A stretch of 64,000 nucleotides of DNA, taken from the NCBI GenBank assembly GCA_951406725.2, contig OX597827.1, positions 58,466,001 to 58,530,000 on the forward strand, written 5' to 3'. The notes below the pieces were generated by a model. It saw only the letters and a program-made list of their open reading frames with translations. It made no database searches and had not been told where the DNA came from. Below are positions 26,571 to 38,239 of the stretch, in pieces. Made by a program: the position numbers and the translations under genes. The DNA is from Octopus vulgaris. Taxonomy: Eukaryota. The number at the start of each line of letters is the position of its first letter. Positions within the stretch are counted from its first letter, which is position 1.

Positions 26571-27375
26571 CTAGAATCCAAAGAAAAAAAAATTAAAAAG
26601 GAAATTTAATTAACAATTTCAATTAAAATGGAAGCAAAAATTTGTGAAGAAAATGCAATTAGCACATGGAAAAAAAAACATTTATATTTGGAGATATAAT
26701 TTTTATCAATTTAAAAACAAGGTATTTTTAGATTATTAAGCTTGTATTTAATAACAAAACAGTTTTTAAATATTTACATGTACATCCTCTTTTAGTTAGT
26801 TTGATCTCCAAACATCATCATATCACAGTGATGTATTTAGATTAGAAACTCAAATCCAATCTGTAACTGTTGACACACAAAAAAATGTTTCATTCTCTTT
26901 TCAGGGGTTAATACTTTGAAAAGTTATAATCTAAAGAACACATTTTAAACATTTCCGGCTGTTAAAATCCTAAAGATCTTTGATAAAAATGATTTTTGCA
27001 AATGCATAATTGAATTAATACCTTAAATACCAAGCTTGAGATCTTTCATTTTAAAATGTGCATATTTAAATTAAACCCTTCCGTCAAAGAACATTTTGTT
27101 TAGATATCTACCAAACATTAACTTAATAATGGTTTCAAATTTTGCCACAAAGCCAGCATTTTTTGGGGGAGGGGACTAGTCAATTATGTCAACCCCCAGT
27201 GCCCAACTGGTACTTATTTTATCGACCTCAAAAGGATGAAAGGCAAAGTTGCCCCTGGTGGAATTTGAACTTAGAATGTAAAGATTGACAAAATGTGGTC
27301 AAGCATTTTGCCCAGTGTGTTGATGATTCTTTTCTACTCTAGGGAGTCGATTAGATTGACCTTAGTATGAAACTG

Positions 27376-28020
27376 TTCGCCTTCGGCCCAGTGCGTCCAT
27401 GCTGCCAACAAAGCACGCAGAATTCTGTTCTTGATTCGACGGTCATTCGGAATGCTCACAGCAGCCATATTCCTACCACTCTATGTCACGCTGGTGAGAC
27501 CCATATTGGAGTACGGGATTCAAGCCTCTTCTCCTTATCTTCTCAAAGACATACAGCATCCCGAAAGAGTCCAGAAGCTGGCTACCCGCATGGTTCATGG
27601 TCTCAAAACTTTGTCCTATGAAGAAAGGCTGAGGACGCTCAACCTTTATTCTCTTGAAAAACGCCGCCGCCGTGGTGATCTCATTCTCGCCCACAACATC
27701 ATAAGCGGAAAGTGTAACCTCTCGAAAGAGCTGTTCTTCACTCCTGCTCCAGAGCGTCGGCTGCGGGGTCATTCCGAAAAGCTCTACCTGTGACGATTTC
27801 ATCTCAATCGAAGGAGAGGAGCTTTCTCCGTCCGGGTTGCGGATCCGTGGAACAAGCTGCCAGACGAGATGGTGAAGATGCCGACGACCGCTTTGTTCAA
27901 AGCCTCCCTTGACCTCAAGTGGCCTGAACTCTTTACATGAACACCACCATGTACTTAACTCCATGTCCCCCTACATGGCCTTGCTATTTGCTTTTGAGCC
28001 AAATTAACTAACTAACTAAC
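27376..28020 (+). mobile_element. 5'-truncated CR1-group LINE nested in a family A SINE
   Basis: Frame 27377-27940 reads SPSAQCVHAANKARRILFLIRRSF..LYVTLVRPILEY..ERVQKLATRMVHGLKTLSYEERL..RRRGDLI..RGHSEKL..FSVRVADPWNKLP, with one TGA at 27791. Ends in a (CTAA)n tail. Confidence 0.92.
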
Positions 28021-28453
28021 TTAATTCATCGATCCTAAAAAAATGAAAAGTAAAGTTGAACTTGGTGGAATTTGAACTCAGAACAAAGACAGACGAAATA
28101 CAACTAAGCATTTTGCCCATTGTGTTAATGTTTCTGCCAGTTCACAGTCTAATCTTAGTTTATTAAAGACATTAATTGTTTTACTAAATTGCTCCAAATT
28201 CTTGATTAACTTCTGAATTAACTAAATAATATAGACAATGTACTCCATCAGAAATATGAACCCAAATGTAAGACAACAGGATTCCTGAGAATAAAACAAA
28301 ATATTCCTAATATAAGAAAGGAAATGTAAAGACAGACAAATTGCTACTATGCATTCTTCCCGGTGTGCTAATGATTCTACCAGATTGTATTGATGTTAAA
28401 GAGAGATTGTCACAGCAAAATGAAGGAGTATATAGAAAACATTAGCAGAAGTC

Positions 28454-29505
28454 ATCATCATCATTATTGTTTAACGTCTGCTTACCATGCTGGCATGGGT
28501 TGGACAGTTTAACTGATGATTGGCAAACCAGAAGGCTGCACCAGGCTCCAATCTGATCTAGCAAAGTTTCTACAGCTGGATGTCCTTTCTAATGCCAACC
28601 ACTCCGAGAATGTAGAAGATGCTTTTTATGTGCCATCAGCACAGAGGCCAATCAGGTGACACTGGCAACAACCACGCTCAAACGGTGCTTTTTACGTCCC
28701 ACTAGCATGGGAACCATTCAGGCAGCACTGGCAATGACCATGCTTGAATGGTGACTTTTATGTGCCACCAGCACGGGACCAGTCAAGCAGCACTGGCATC
28801 GACCACATTTGTATGGTGCTTTTTACATGCCACTGGCACAGGTGCCAGTCAGATGGTACTGGCATTGGCCACAACAATGATTTCACTTGACTCAACAGGT
28901 CTTCTCAAGCACAGTATATTGCCCAATGATTGAAGGGTACTCTTGAATGGGCCAGTTATGCAACACTGGTATAGGCCGCAGTTATAGTCTCACTTGGCTT
29001 GCCGGGTCTTCTCAAGCACAGCATATATCCAAAGATCTTGGTCACTTGTTATTGCCTCCATGAGGACCAATGTTTGAAGGTAGTGCTTCACCACCTCATC
29101 CCAGATCTTGGGTCTACGTCTTCCACAGGTTCCCTCCACTGTTAGGGTGTAACACTTTTTCACACAACTGTCCTCATCCACACGCAACACATGACCATAC
29201 CAACGCAGTTGTCTCTCTTGCACACCACACCTGATGCTTCTTATGTCCAACTTTTCTCTCAGGATGCTTACCCTGTTGTGTATGCACACTGACATTACAC
29301 ATCCAGTGGAGCATACTAGCTTCATTTCTTGCAAACTTATGCATATCCTCAGCAGTCACAGCCCATGTTTCACTGCTGTGTAGCATGGTAGTTTGCACAC
29401 ATGCATCATACAGTCTACCTTTCACTCTGAGCGAGAGGCCCTTTGTTACCAGCAGAGGTAGGAGCTTTCTGAATTTTGTCCAGGCTATTCTTATTCTAAT
29501 AGCTA
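28454..29505 (-). mobile_element. 5'-truncated RTE-clade LINE with minisatellite 3' UTR and (GAT)n tail
   Basis: ORF remnants RIRIAWTKFRKLLPLL..KGRLYDACV..SETWA and QLRWYGHVLR..EGTCGRRRPK.W, then repeats of TGGCACGTAAAAAGCACC, then (GAT)n. Confidence 0.9.
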
Positions 29506-30691
29506 TGCCTAGCAAAATGAGTTACCTTGATAGACAAAAGAATAATCAGGTATAGCACAACTTGCTTTTTAAAAAAATTACTAACTGAACCCTTTTAATA
29601 CTAATCTGTATAAGACCTTGGTTCTATGACAAAATATTCTAAATTAAAACCTTCTGTCAACCTTTCATATTATTTTTTATATTCCAAATACCAACTTAAT
29701 CTTATCTACTAAAGGCACAAGACCTGAAATTTGGAGTTGGGGGCAGTCGATTAGATTGATCCCACCACCACCATCACCACCAGTATGCAACTGGTACTTT
29801 ATTGACCCCAAAAGGATGAAAGGCAAAGTCGACCTCAGCGGAATTTGGTCTCAGAATGTAAAGACAGATGAAATACTGCTAAGCATTTTGCCTGGTGTGC
29901 TAACGATTCTGCCAGCTCGCCGCCTTTCCAAATACCAAATACCAACTTAATAATGACAAAGTTATTTTGCTAAATTATTCATTATATTCAAAATTAATTG
30001 AAACAAAGGCAGCATATTTCAGCAGAAATATGATTTCATATTTTGGCACAAGGCCAGTAATCTTTTAGTGAGAGAGCTAAGTCAGTTACATCAACCCCAA
30101 CTGGTACTTAATATTTTATCAAATCAGAGAGGATGAAAGGCAAAGTGGATCTTGGCAGGATTTGAACACAGAATGTAAAATGCCAGAAGAAATGCAGGTA
30201 AAGGTGTGGTTGCGTGGTAAGAAGTTTGCTTCCCAAATAGTTCCAGGTTCAGTTCCACACTGTGGCCTCAGGCTGATCAAAGCCTTATGAGTAGATTTGA
30301 TGGACCAAAACTGAAAGAATCCTATTATGTGTGTGTGTGTGTGTATGTACGCACATGCATGCGTATGTGTTTCTTTTTTTTGTGTCTGAGTTTGTCTTCC
30401 ACCAATGCTTGACAACCAGTGTTGGTGTGTTTACATTGCTGTAACTTTACAATTCAGCAAAAGAGACTGATAGAATAAGTACCAGGAGAGATAAAAAAGG
30501 AGTACTGGGGTCAATTCATACAACTAAAACTTCAAGGTGGTGCCCCAGCATGGCCACAGTCCAGTGACTGAAACAAAATAAAAGATAAAAGATATGCCTT
30601 TTGGTTAATGATCTGATGATTCTACCACTTCACCAGCTTATTTCAACAGAAATATCATTAAAAAAAAAGGGGTTAAAGTCAAACAACATAC

Positions 30692-30847
30692 TTTTTTTAG
30701 TAGGGCATGAACACCAGCAAGCTTTGTTATCTGCTGTCGTTGATCTTGAAGGGTGTCACTAATCTTGGCACTGAATTCTGTTATTGAAGCCATGTTGGTT
30801 GCCAGTAAATCCATCTCATCTTCCATTTTCTTAAAATCGTTTTTCAT
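30692..30847 (-). CDS. VPS51: VPS51 exon 3
   Basis: [19 protein letters not shown]...[10 protein letters not shown]; cag/gtatg boundaries; 156 nt, phase 0-0. Confidence 0.95.
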
Positions 30848-31988
30848 CTGAAATAAAGATAAATAAATTGTATGTGGGATGAATTAGAAGTGGTGAAATG
30901 TTATGCATAGTGTTGTGATGAGAAATGGTTACCGAGAATTATTTTTATTCAACACAAACAATGAACTACAGTATTTAAAGAACATTTATTTCAAAAGGCT
31001 GGCTGTCAACCTTCAACCAAAATATGCCATAAGTTATCAGGACCAGATATTGACTTCTTGTCCTCCACAGTACAAGCGTTAAGGTTGCAACCAATGGTGA
31101 AAAGGATTTGGCCTGCCAGGGTCCTGTGCTGGTGCCATGAAAAAAAGGCACCAGTTAAAAGCACCCAGCACACACTGTATAGTGGTTGGCATTAGGAAGG
31201 GCATCCAGCTGTACAAGCCAAACAAAATCAGACTGGAGCCTGGTGCAGCCCTTTGGCTTGCCAGCTCTGGTCAAACTGTCCAACCCATGTCAGCATTTGT
31301 TTATAAAAACATTTGTAACATCAATTAAATTGTGTGAGTGTGTGTATGTATACACACACACAATTGACTGCCATGAAGTTCCTGTCTACCAAATTTTATC
31401 CACAAGTTACTGTTCAAGCTTAGGCTGTGGGTCAAAAACATTCACCCAAGGTGCCATGCAATGGGGTACTTCTTAACCTAACAGTCATACTTGCACCTTA
31501 ACAATACAAACATTATATCCCTCTACATTGCTCCTATCTTTGCAAGTTTTCATTATCACATTTGAGTTCATATAAGAAGCATTATTTTTCAAAAACAAAA
31601 AAGTCTCCAAAAGATCATTCCAGGTCCTATATGCAAAGTATCCCTCCCACATAAGCTTTAATGCATTAAAATCCCCTTTTTTTGCCCAAATATGCACTAC
31701 TGAAATTAGGGTGCATCTAATATGTCCATATGTTTTTTATGCCAACCTATATGGTAGTTATGGATAATATCCATTTTTCTCAGACACAAGGATAAACAAA
31801 AAAAAAAAAAAAACCCAGAGAAAATAAATGGAAAATTTCATAAAGAACCAGGGAGATTCATATAACTTTACGGAAATAAAAGCTAAAACAATAAGTGAAT
31901 AAAAAATATATATCACCAACATCAATGCCAACAGATAAGAGCTTACAAGATGACTTCACAACCAAATCAGTTTTAAGAGACTTCTTAC

Positions 31989-32275
31989 CTTTCTGATTGT
32001 ATCAGTAGCACTTATAAACTTGTTATAATTTTCATACACCAGGGTCTGCATTTCACTGTCCAGAGCACGGATTTGACGGACTACATCAGTCTCTCTGTCC
32101 ATGAGCTCAGTCAGAGACTTCTCTCGGATAAGCTTGTTAAGGAATATATCATGCTTAAAATGGGCACCGTCAATGTCACATGGGTCGACGGTTGTCATAC
32201 CTGGTTTCTCTTCGTCTATTCCGTAATACATTTTCAACATTCCTCTGCTCTTACGGCGCATATCATCCGTCTCAT
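31989..32275 (-). CDS. VPS51: VPS51 exon 2 (N-terminal Vps51 domain)
   Basis: cag acceptor and gtaag donor. Encodes [18 protein letters not shown]...[30 protein letters not shown], the recognisable Vps51 signature. Confidence 0.97.
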
Positions 32276-33624
32276 CTGTCAATAAAATATACATATATTT
32301 TTTAAACAGTTTTAATTCCATTTATATGTATGTTAAAAGAGAATGTTTGCTATGGTGTATCATTTATTCTTCTATTCGTTTCAGTCATTGGGTTGCAGTC
32401 AAATTGGGCAACACTCCAAAGGAAGGGTTTAGTTGATCAAATTGGCCCCAGTAATTGCTTTAAATCTTCTATCAGTCTCTTTGAGCTGAATCACTAAGTT
32501 ATGGAGATATAAAGGAACCACCAACAGTTGTAAAGCAGTGAGAGACACATATACACACACAAGCTTCTAAATAAAAATCATTCACAAGACAGTGGTCAAA
32601 CTAGGGTTATAGTAGAAGACATTTGTCCAAGGTGCCACACAGTGGGACTGAACTTGAAACCACATGGTTGTGAAGAAAACTTCTTAACCACACAGCCATG
32701 GCTGTCTGTTTATTTGTTGCGTGCTGAATTCCTATTTATACCACATTAACCTTTTTGCCTTGTGGAGGCACATGGCCTAGTGGTTAGAGCAGCGGACTCG
32801 TGGTCGAGGTATCACAGGTTTGAATCTCAGACCGGGTGATGTGTGTGTGTATGAGCGAAACACCTAAGCTCCATGCGGCTCCGGCAGAAGGTAATGGCAA
32901 ACTTCTGCTGACTCTTTCGCCACAACTTTCTTTCACTCTTTCCTCCTGCATCTTGCAACTCACCTGCGACGGACCAGCGTCCTATCCAGGTGGGGAACCT
33001 ATATGCCAAGGAAACCGGGAAACCGGCCCTTATGAGCCAGGCATGGCTCAAGAAGGAACAAACAAACCCATTTGCCTTAATGTTGAAATACTGCAATGCT
33101 TTTTATTTTCTTTTTTATTTCCACTTTAGCATTCAGATTACTCTGTCAAATGTAATATTTATTTCTTCACATCATCATTTTGAATAAATAATGTATTATC
33201 TTGTGATTTTGAGATTTTGATAATGTGGTTGTTTATTTTCTTACAATGACATTGTAGGGCAGGTGTGATAGGCTAAGTCTGTCCGGTAGAATATTTGGGC
33301 CAGATATGACCAAATTTTCATACAGCCATAGGTCAGATAAATTACTGAACCAATTATTTTTCTTCTTCAGTTCGATGTTCTTCTTATCACCAACCACTCA
33401 ACCATGAATTAAAATGAAACCCATTTCCACACGAAGAATGTGTCTAGGGCACAACATAACGACTGTAGTAGTTAGGTGTAAACCTGTGATCTGTGTGGTC
33501 AGCCATCTATGAATCATACTTAATGTAAATACCTAATTAAAGGGCAATTTACTGCAGTGTTCATTCAGAGATAACATTTCATATCGATGTGGTTTGCTTA
33601 ACCCTTTAGCATTGAAACTGTCTC

Positions 33625-34052
33625 AACTGTGCCAGATCTGTTATAGAGTTGATGAAACCATTGTTTATATTGTGAACGAATGCCCTCAACTTGTTTAAAA
33701 TCATTATAAGTTGTGGCAACATGATGAGATAGCGAAAGTGATACATCAGAAACTTTGTGAAAAGTGTGGGCTAGAGAGTGACAAGGTGTGGTATGAGAGC
33801 AGCAGAGAGATCCTGTGAGAGTTCCTAATCCAAACAGACCAGGTGCTTGAGTATAACAAGCTGGACCTAGTAGTGGAGGACAGGGTGAATCACATGCGCT
33901 CAATAATTGATGTCGTGTGCCCCTTTGACACATGAATAGTCAAGAAGGAAGGTGAGAAAACAGACATATATAACTCTCTTAAATATGAGATGGCTTGATT
34001 GAGAAAAATGAAGAGGGTGAAGTTAGTGCCAATTATTGTTGGGTCCTTAGGG
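33625..34052 (+). mobile_element. R4/Dong-type LINE fragment (CCHC knuckle plus restriction-like endonuclease), pseudogenised
   Basis: CQICYRVDETIVYIVNECPQL..HDEIAKVIH..QTDQVLEYNKLDLVV..IIDVVCPFD..KKEGEK..Y..L..VPIIVGSLG, with several stops. Confidence 0.8.
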
Positions 34053-34887
34053 ATGGAAAAGGTCAGATCTGACAGGTTTGCACATAAAACAGGTAGAATA
34101 TTTCGGGTGGATATGGTTGGTTTAAATGCTACCCCACCTCTCTGATACTATCCATGTAACTAGGAATGACAGTGGATCTCCCTTATGTCTTGAACCATGC
34201 GGCTGAATGTCACAGTGTAATGAGAAATGGCATTGGATCTGACCACATTTAATATTCTATGTCACCATCCTTATCTCTTTAACACTCTGTATGGGGAGTT
34301 GCACAAGATTTGTTCATATCCAATATATGCCTTACCATCTCTCTCTTACTAGTGAACATGTAACTGCCATTACAGTGTCTCTGCCATTACTCTCCCACTG
34401 CCATTATTTTCCCCATTACTCTCTCCTTTCTTACCCTTTCAACTCAGTCACTCTTTCTTTCTTCCATCAGTATTCCTGTACTGTCTCTCTATAGCCCTTT
34501 CAACCAGTGACTGTCCTAATCATACTCTCCCCCACTTTCTTCCTCATTCTTCTTTTATCAACGTTCTTTCTTAACTCTTGTTCTGTTAATATTGGTTTCA
34601 AATTTTGGCATAAGGCTAGCAACTTCGGGAAAGGGGTTGAGTCAATTACATCAAACCCAGTGCTCAACTGTTACTTATTTTATCAGCCCTGAAAGAATGT
34701 ACCTCAAAATCAACTTTGGTGGAATTTGAATTCAGAATGTAAAGACAGACAAAATGCTACTAAGTATGCCTGGTGAGGTAATGGTTCTGCAGCCCAGTGA
34801 CTTTCATGTTCCATTAATATTAACATAGCTTATAAAATAACTATTCACCTCTACCCCACCACTCTTATGATACTAACATAAGTTTAT

Positions 34888-35622
34888 GCTGTGCATGAGA
34901 AGACCAGGCAGGACAAGTGAGTCCAGCCCACTTATGCATGTCTTTCTTCCCTTGGACACACAAAGACCTGTTGAGGCAAGCGAAGTCGAAATCGAACCTC
35001 ATCCGACGACAGGCACCCATGCCAACCTCCCTTCATTGGACACTAAACTCTGCTTGCGAAGACCTGTTGGGGCAAGTGAAATCGAAATCAAAATTGAACC
35101 AATCCTATGACTGGCACCCGGCAGTTGCCAGGACTGCTGCACTGACTCCTGTGCAGGTGGCAAGTGAAGAAACACCATTTCGACCCTGTGCTTGAGGAGA
35201 TCCATTGAGTCAAGTACACCGACATCAAAATCAATGGAAACTGCAGTTGTGATCCCTGAGCCGGTGGCACGTAAAAAGCACCATCTGAAGGTGGCCGATG
35301 CCAGCGCCACCTAGACTGGCTTCTGTGTCGGTGGCACGTAAAAAGCACCATCTGAATCGTGGCCGATGCCAGTGCCGCCTTGACTGGCTTCCGTGCCGGT
35401 GGCACGTAAAATGCACCAATCCGATTGTGGCCGTTGCCAGCCTCGCCTGGCACCTGTGCAGGTGGCATGTAAAAAGCACCCGCGTTAGGAAGGGCATCCA
35501 GCAGTAGAAACACTGCCAGATCAGACTGGAGCTTGGTGCAGCCTTCTGGCTTCCCAGATCCCCGGTCGAACCATCCAACCCATGCTAGCATGGAGAACGG
35601 ACGTTAAACGATGATGATGATG
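34888..35622 (+). mobile_element. 3' end of the same RTE family. Further copies at about 59600-60215(-) and 20630-20880(-); many shorter tails elsewhere
   Basis: Tandem 63-68-bp units, then TTAGGAAGGGCATCCAGC, CCAACCCATGCTAGCATGG and GATGATGATGATG tail. Confidence 0.85.
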
Positions 35623-37485
35623 AATAGTTCTGTTAAAACAAATTACATTTAAGAACTCCTAGTTATTCTTAAAAAACTGTTTTCTAGTTTGAGCTATCTG
35701 TGTAACAGTACAGCCAGTCTGAGTGGACTTTCTGTTAACTGATTAATTCTTTTGCATATTGCAAATTATTATCTACTCAGTACATGTTGCCTAGAATTTA
35801 GAAACACTATGGAATAATGGTGGGTTTTTCGTGTTGCAGGGCACAAGGCAATCTCACTAGTGTTGGTGTGATGATAAAAGGCACACAGCGCATTTTATTA
35901 CAATGGTTAGCAAACAAGCAGAGTTAAGTGAAAATACCCTTTTGTCTATTTAAGAAGATGGTGACCTCTCATGTGTTAGTGTCACACTAAAATACACTCA
36001 GTGGCTAGTACTCAGATGGCATCCAGATGTTGAAAGCATGTCAAAACTGGAACACAAGAATGAGAAACAGTACTCCAACCCATCTAGACAGGCACTAATT
36101 CCAAAGAAAAATTAACTCGGATTGAGATAGCCTGTCCAACCCACACCAGCAAGGAAAATGGGCATAAAATGATGACAATGGTGATGATACTGAACAATGA
36201 TGGGATAGTCCTGGCTGGAACTTCTTTGATCATACATTTAAGTGATTGAGGCAGAGTTGAGGCTAAACAACAACCCGAATACTTTAATGTTAAAACAAAA
36301 AAAAACTAGGCAATTCGATTATTAGGACATAAACAGCTTGATTCGATCCCCAAACTAAAATGGTTAAATTCCACAAGAAAATAACTTTTTTCTAATTTTG
36401 GTACAAGTTAGCATTTTAAGGGGAGGGAGCAAACCGATCATATCGACCCCCAGTACTTGACTGATATTTCATTTTATCGACCCCGAAAGGACGAAAGGCC
36501 AAGTTGATCTCAGCAGTATTTGAACTCAGAACGGTAAAGAAGCTGAAGAATATCTGTTTTAGGTGAAATCTAGACTCCGAAGAACTAATAGTGGTTGGGG
36601 CCTGCATCGGCAACAATAATAATCTGAACCACGGTAGAAAACAAATTAATTAGTCTCAAAGGTGTGAAACGCCGAATATTTCCGGTTGAAAAGAACGCCT
36701 GTCACAGATAAATGAATATGGAAATCTCCATGCTATGCCAAACTTAAAATAGAATTACAAATTATATAAATAAATTAAATCATTAGAGTTGATAACATTC
36801 TTGATTATATATGAACAATATTCTTTTCATATATCCATGATACGAACGAATTTTCTTAATATAACTGATGTGGTACTAAAACTTGTTTCAAGTGACTAAT
36901 AAATATATTTTTGTTAAATCTTAAACTTAAAACAATATTTTTGTAAATGAAACTTGGGTTGTTGCACGAAACAGTTTTTACACGTTCGTTTTTTTTTTTT
37001 TTAAATTGAAATTCTACAACAAATATATAAGATTGTTTGCTATGGCCGGTCAGAGAGTGACCATTGGTTTTTGTAGCTATTAAACGCTTAGCTTCATAGG
37101 CGGCTCGCCAGACTCAAACGTATGTATAGACATATATACACACACTCCGACTCAATGACAACTAGAATTTGACAGTCAATTGAAATTTTGGTTAGTTTAG
37201 ATTCTAGAATAAGCTCGGTATATATTTTTAAACACCCGCATAAATTACGATGTTTTAATTATAATTCAAGAGTTTAACTTGACAAGTCCCCAAAGCCTAA
37301 AACACAGCAGACGACGTAGAAACAATATTTATATTTACCATATATTCGAAGTTGCAAATTCTATAACAGTTATAACTATTTAAATTAAAATATTTTCTTT
37401 ATTTCGAGATATTTTATATCTATGACAAAGAGCAAGCTGAGAAATGCATCAAAGATACTGTTTTAATATTGTTGACAAACCTTAC

Positions 37486-37504
37486 CTCCTGGTGTCGACG
37501 CCAT
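37486..37504 (-). CDS. VPS51: VPS51 coding exon 1 (MASTPG, phase 1)
   Basis: Minus strand reads aaaagATGGCGTCGACACCAGGAG|gtaag. Good start context and canonical donor. The trailing G joins AT of the next exon to give GAT, keeping frame. Confidence 0.8.
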
Positions 37505-37746
37505 CTTTTTAATCATAAGGCTCCTTACGATATAAAATTTACAAACAAAATTAGTGAAAATATTTAATAACAACTAAAGCACATTTAAAAATATTTATTA
37601 ATTTTCGTAACAACGAAATTAAAATACTATCATTAATTAATGAAATTAATTGACATCAATAAACTTTACAATAACACATAATCTTTCTAAGCGGTTCATA
37701 TCATTCGCCATTTGTGACATCAGTGAAAAGGAAAGTTCTGTCATCG
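37499..37746. promoter_or_regulatory. Bidirectional promoter region between VPS51 and DCTN1, with two YY1-like motifs
   Basis: VPS51 ATG at 37504 (-) and a plus-strand donor CG|gtaagc at 37746. CGCCATCTT at 37499-37507 overlaps the ATG, and CGCCATTT lies at 37706-37713. CpG is visibly more frequent from about 36.4 to 39.2 kb than in the introns. Confidence 0.7.
37690..37746 (+). other. DCTN1: Probable non-coding first exon of DCTN1 (start approximate)
   Basis: Strong donor TCG|gtaagc followed by T-rich intron-like sequence, directly opposite the VPS51 start; no ATG in the exon. Confidence 0.55.
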
Positions 37747-38031
37747 GTAAGCCTTTTTTTTATTTAGATTTGCTCTGCTTTTCATTCTTTTCCTTTTGTA
37801 ATATATTTACATATCCAAAGATATGAAGTCTATTTTCTTAAAAACTAATGCCTATTTGCATATAAATAGTTATAGACAGACTATTTGCAGACGGTAAGTT
37901 TATAAATAAATAAGGTTGACGCAACAGATACCTTCCATCTATGCAGGCTTTAGTTAATTACGGTTAACACATACACCCGATTTATATACGTTTGTACATA
38001 TTTATTGAAACCACATTTTTTTTTATTCATC

Positions 38032-38239
38032 ATGTCTGCTCCCCAAAAAGCACCCGATGAATCTTTAGATGCTGCTCCTTCACAGATTCCCGTACATAAA
38101 AGCCCTCGACCAAAAACTGGTTCCTTTATAGCGAGGCGATGTCTTTCTTTATCTGCCCTACCCACGTATAAACGATCCCCGTCTGCTACATTTCGATCCC
38201 CAACTTCTCAAGAAAAAGTAAGATTGCACAATTTCCGAG
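38032..38239 (+). CDS. DCTN1: Candidate alternative first coding exon of DCTN1 (N-terminal extension with SxIP motif)
   Basis: ATG at 38032, 69 open codons plus G, donor GAG|gtgagc (phase 1). Joins the acceptor at 42938 in frame (G+CC ATT AAA ATT CCG AAG ATG). Confidence 0.55.

Noticed and set aside
27473-27964. 163-aa minus-strand ORF
   Set aside because: Antisense shadow of the GC-rich CR1 reading frame.
35261-35480. CRISPR-like repeat/spacer periodicity
   Set aside because: The 'spacers' are homologous to each other, the array lies in an RTE 3' UTR, the genome is eukaryotic and no cas genes are present.
36538-36580. CTGAAGA..GAAA TCTAGA hammerhead look-alike
   Set aside because: No U16.1, and helices I and II are poor; probably chance.
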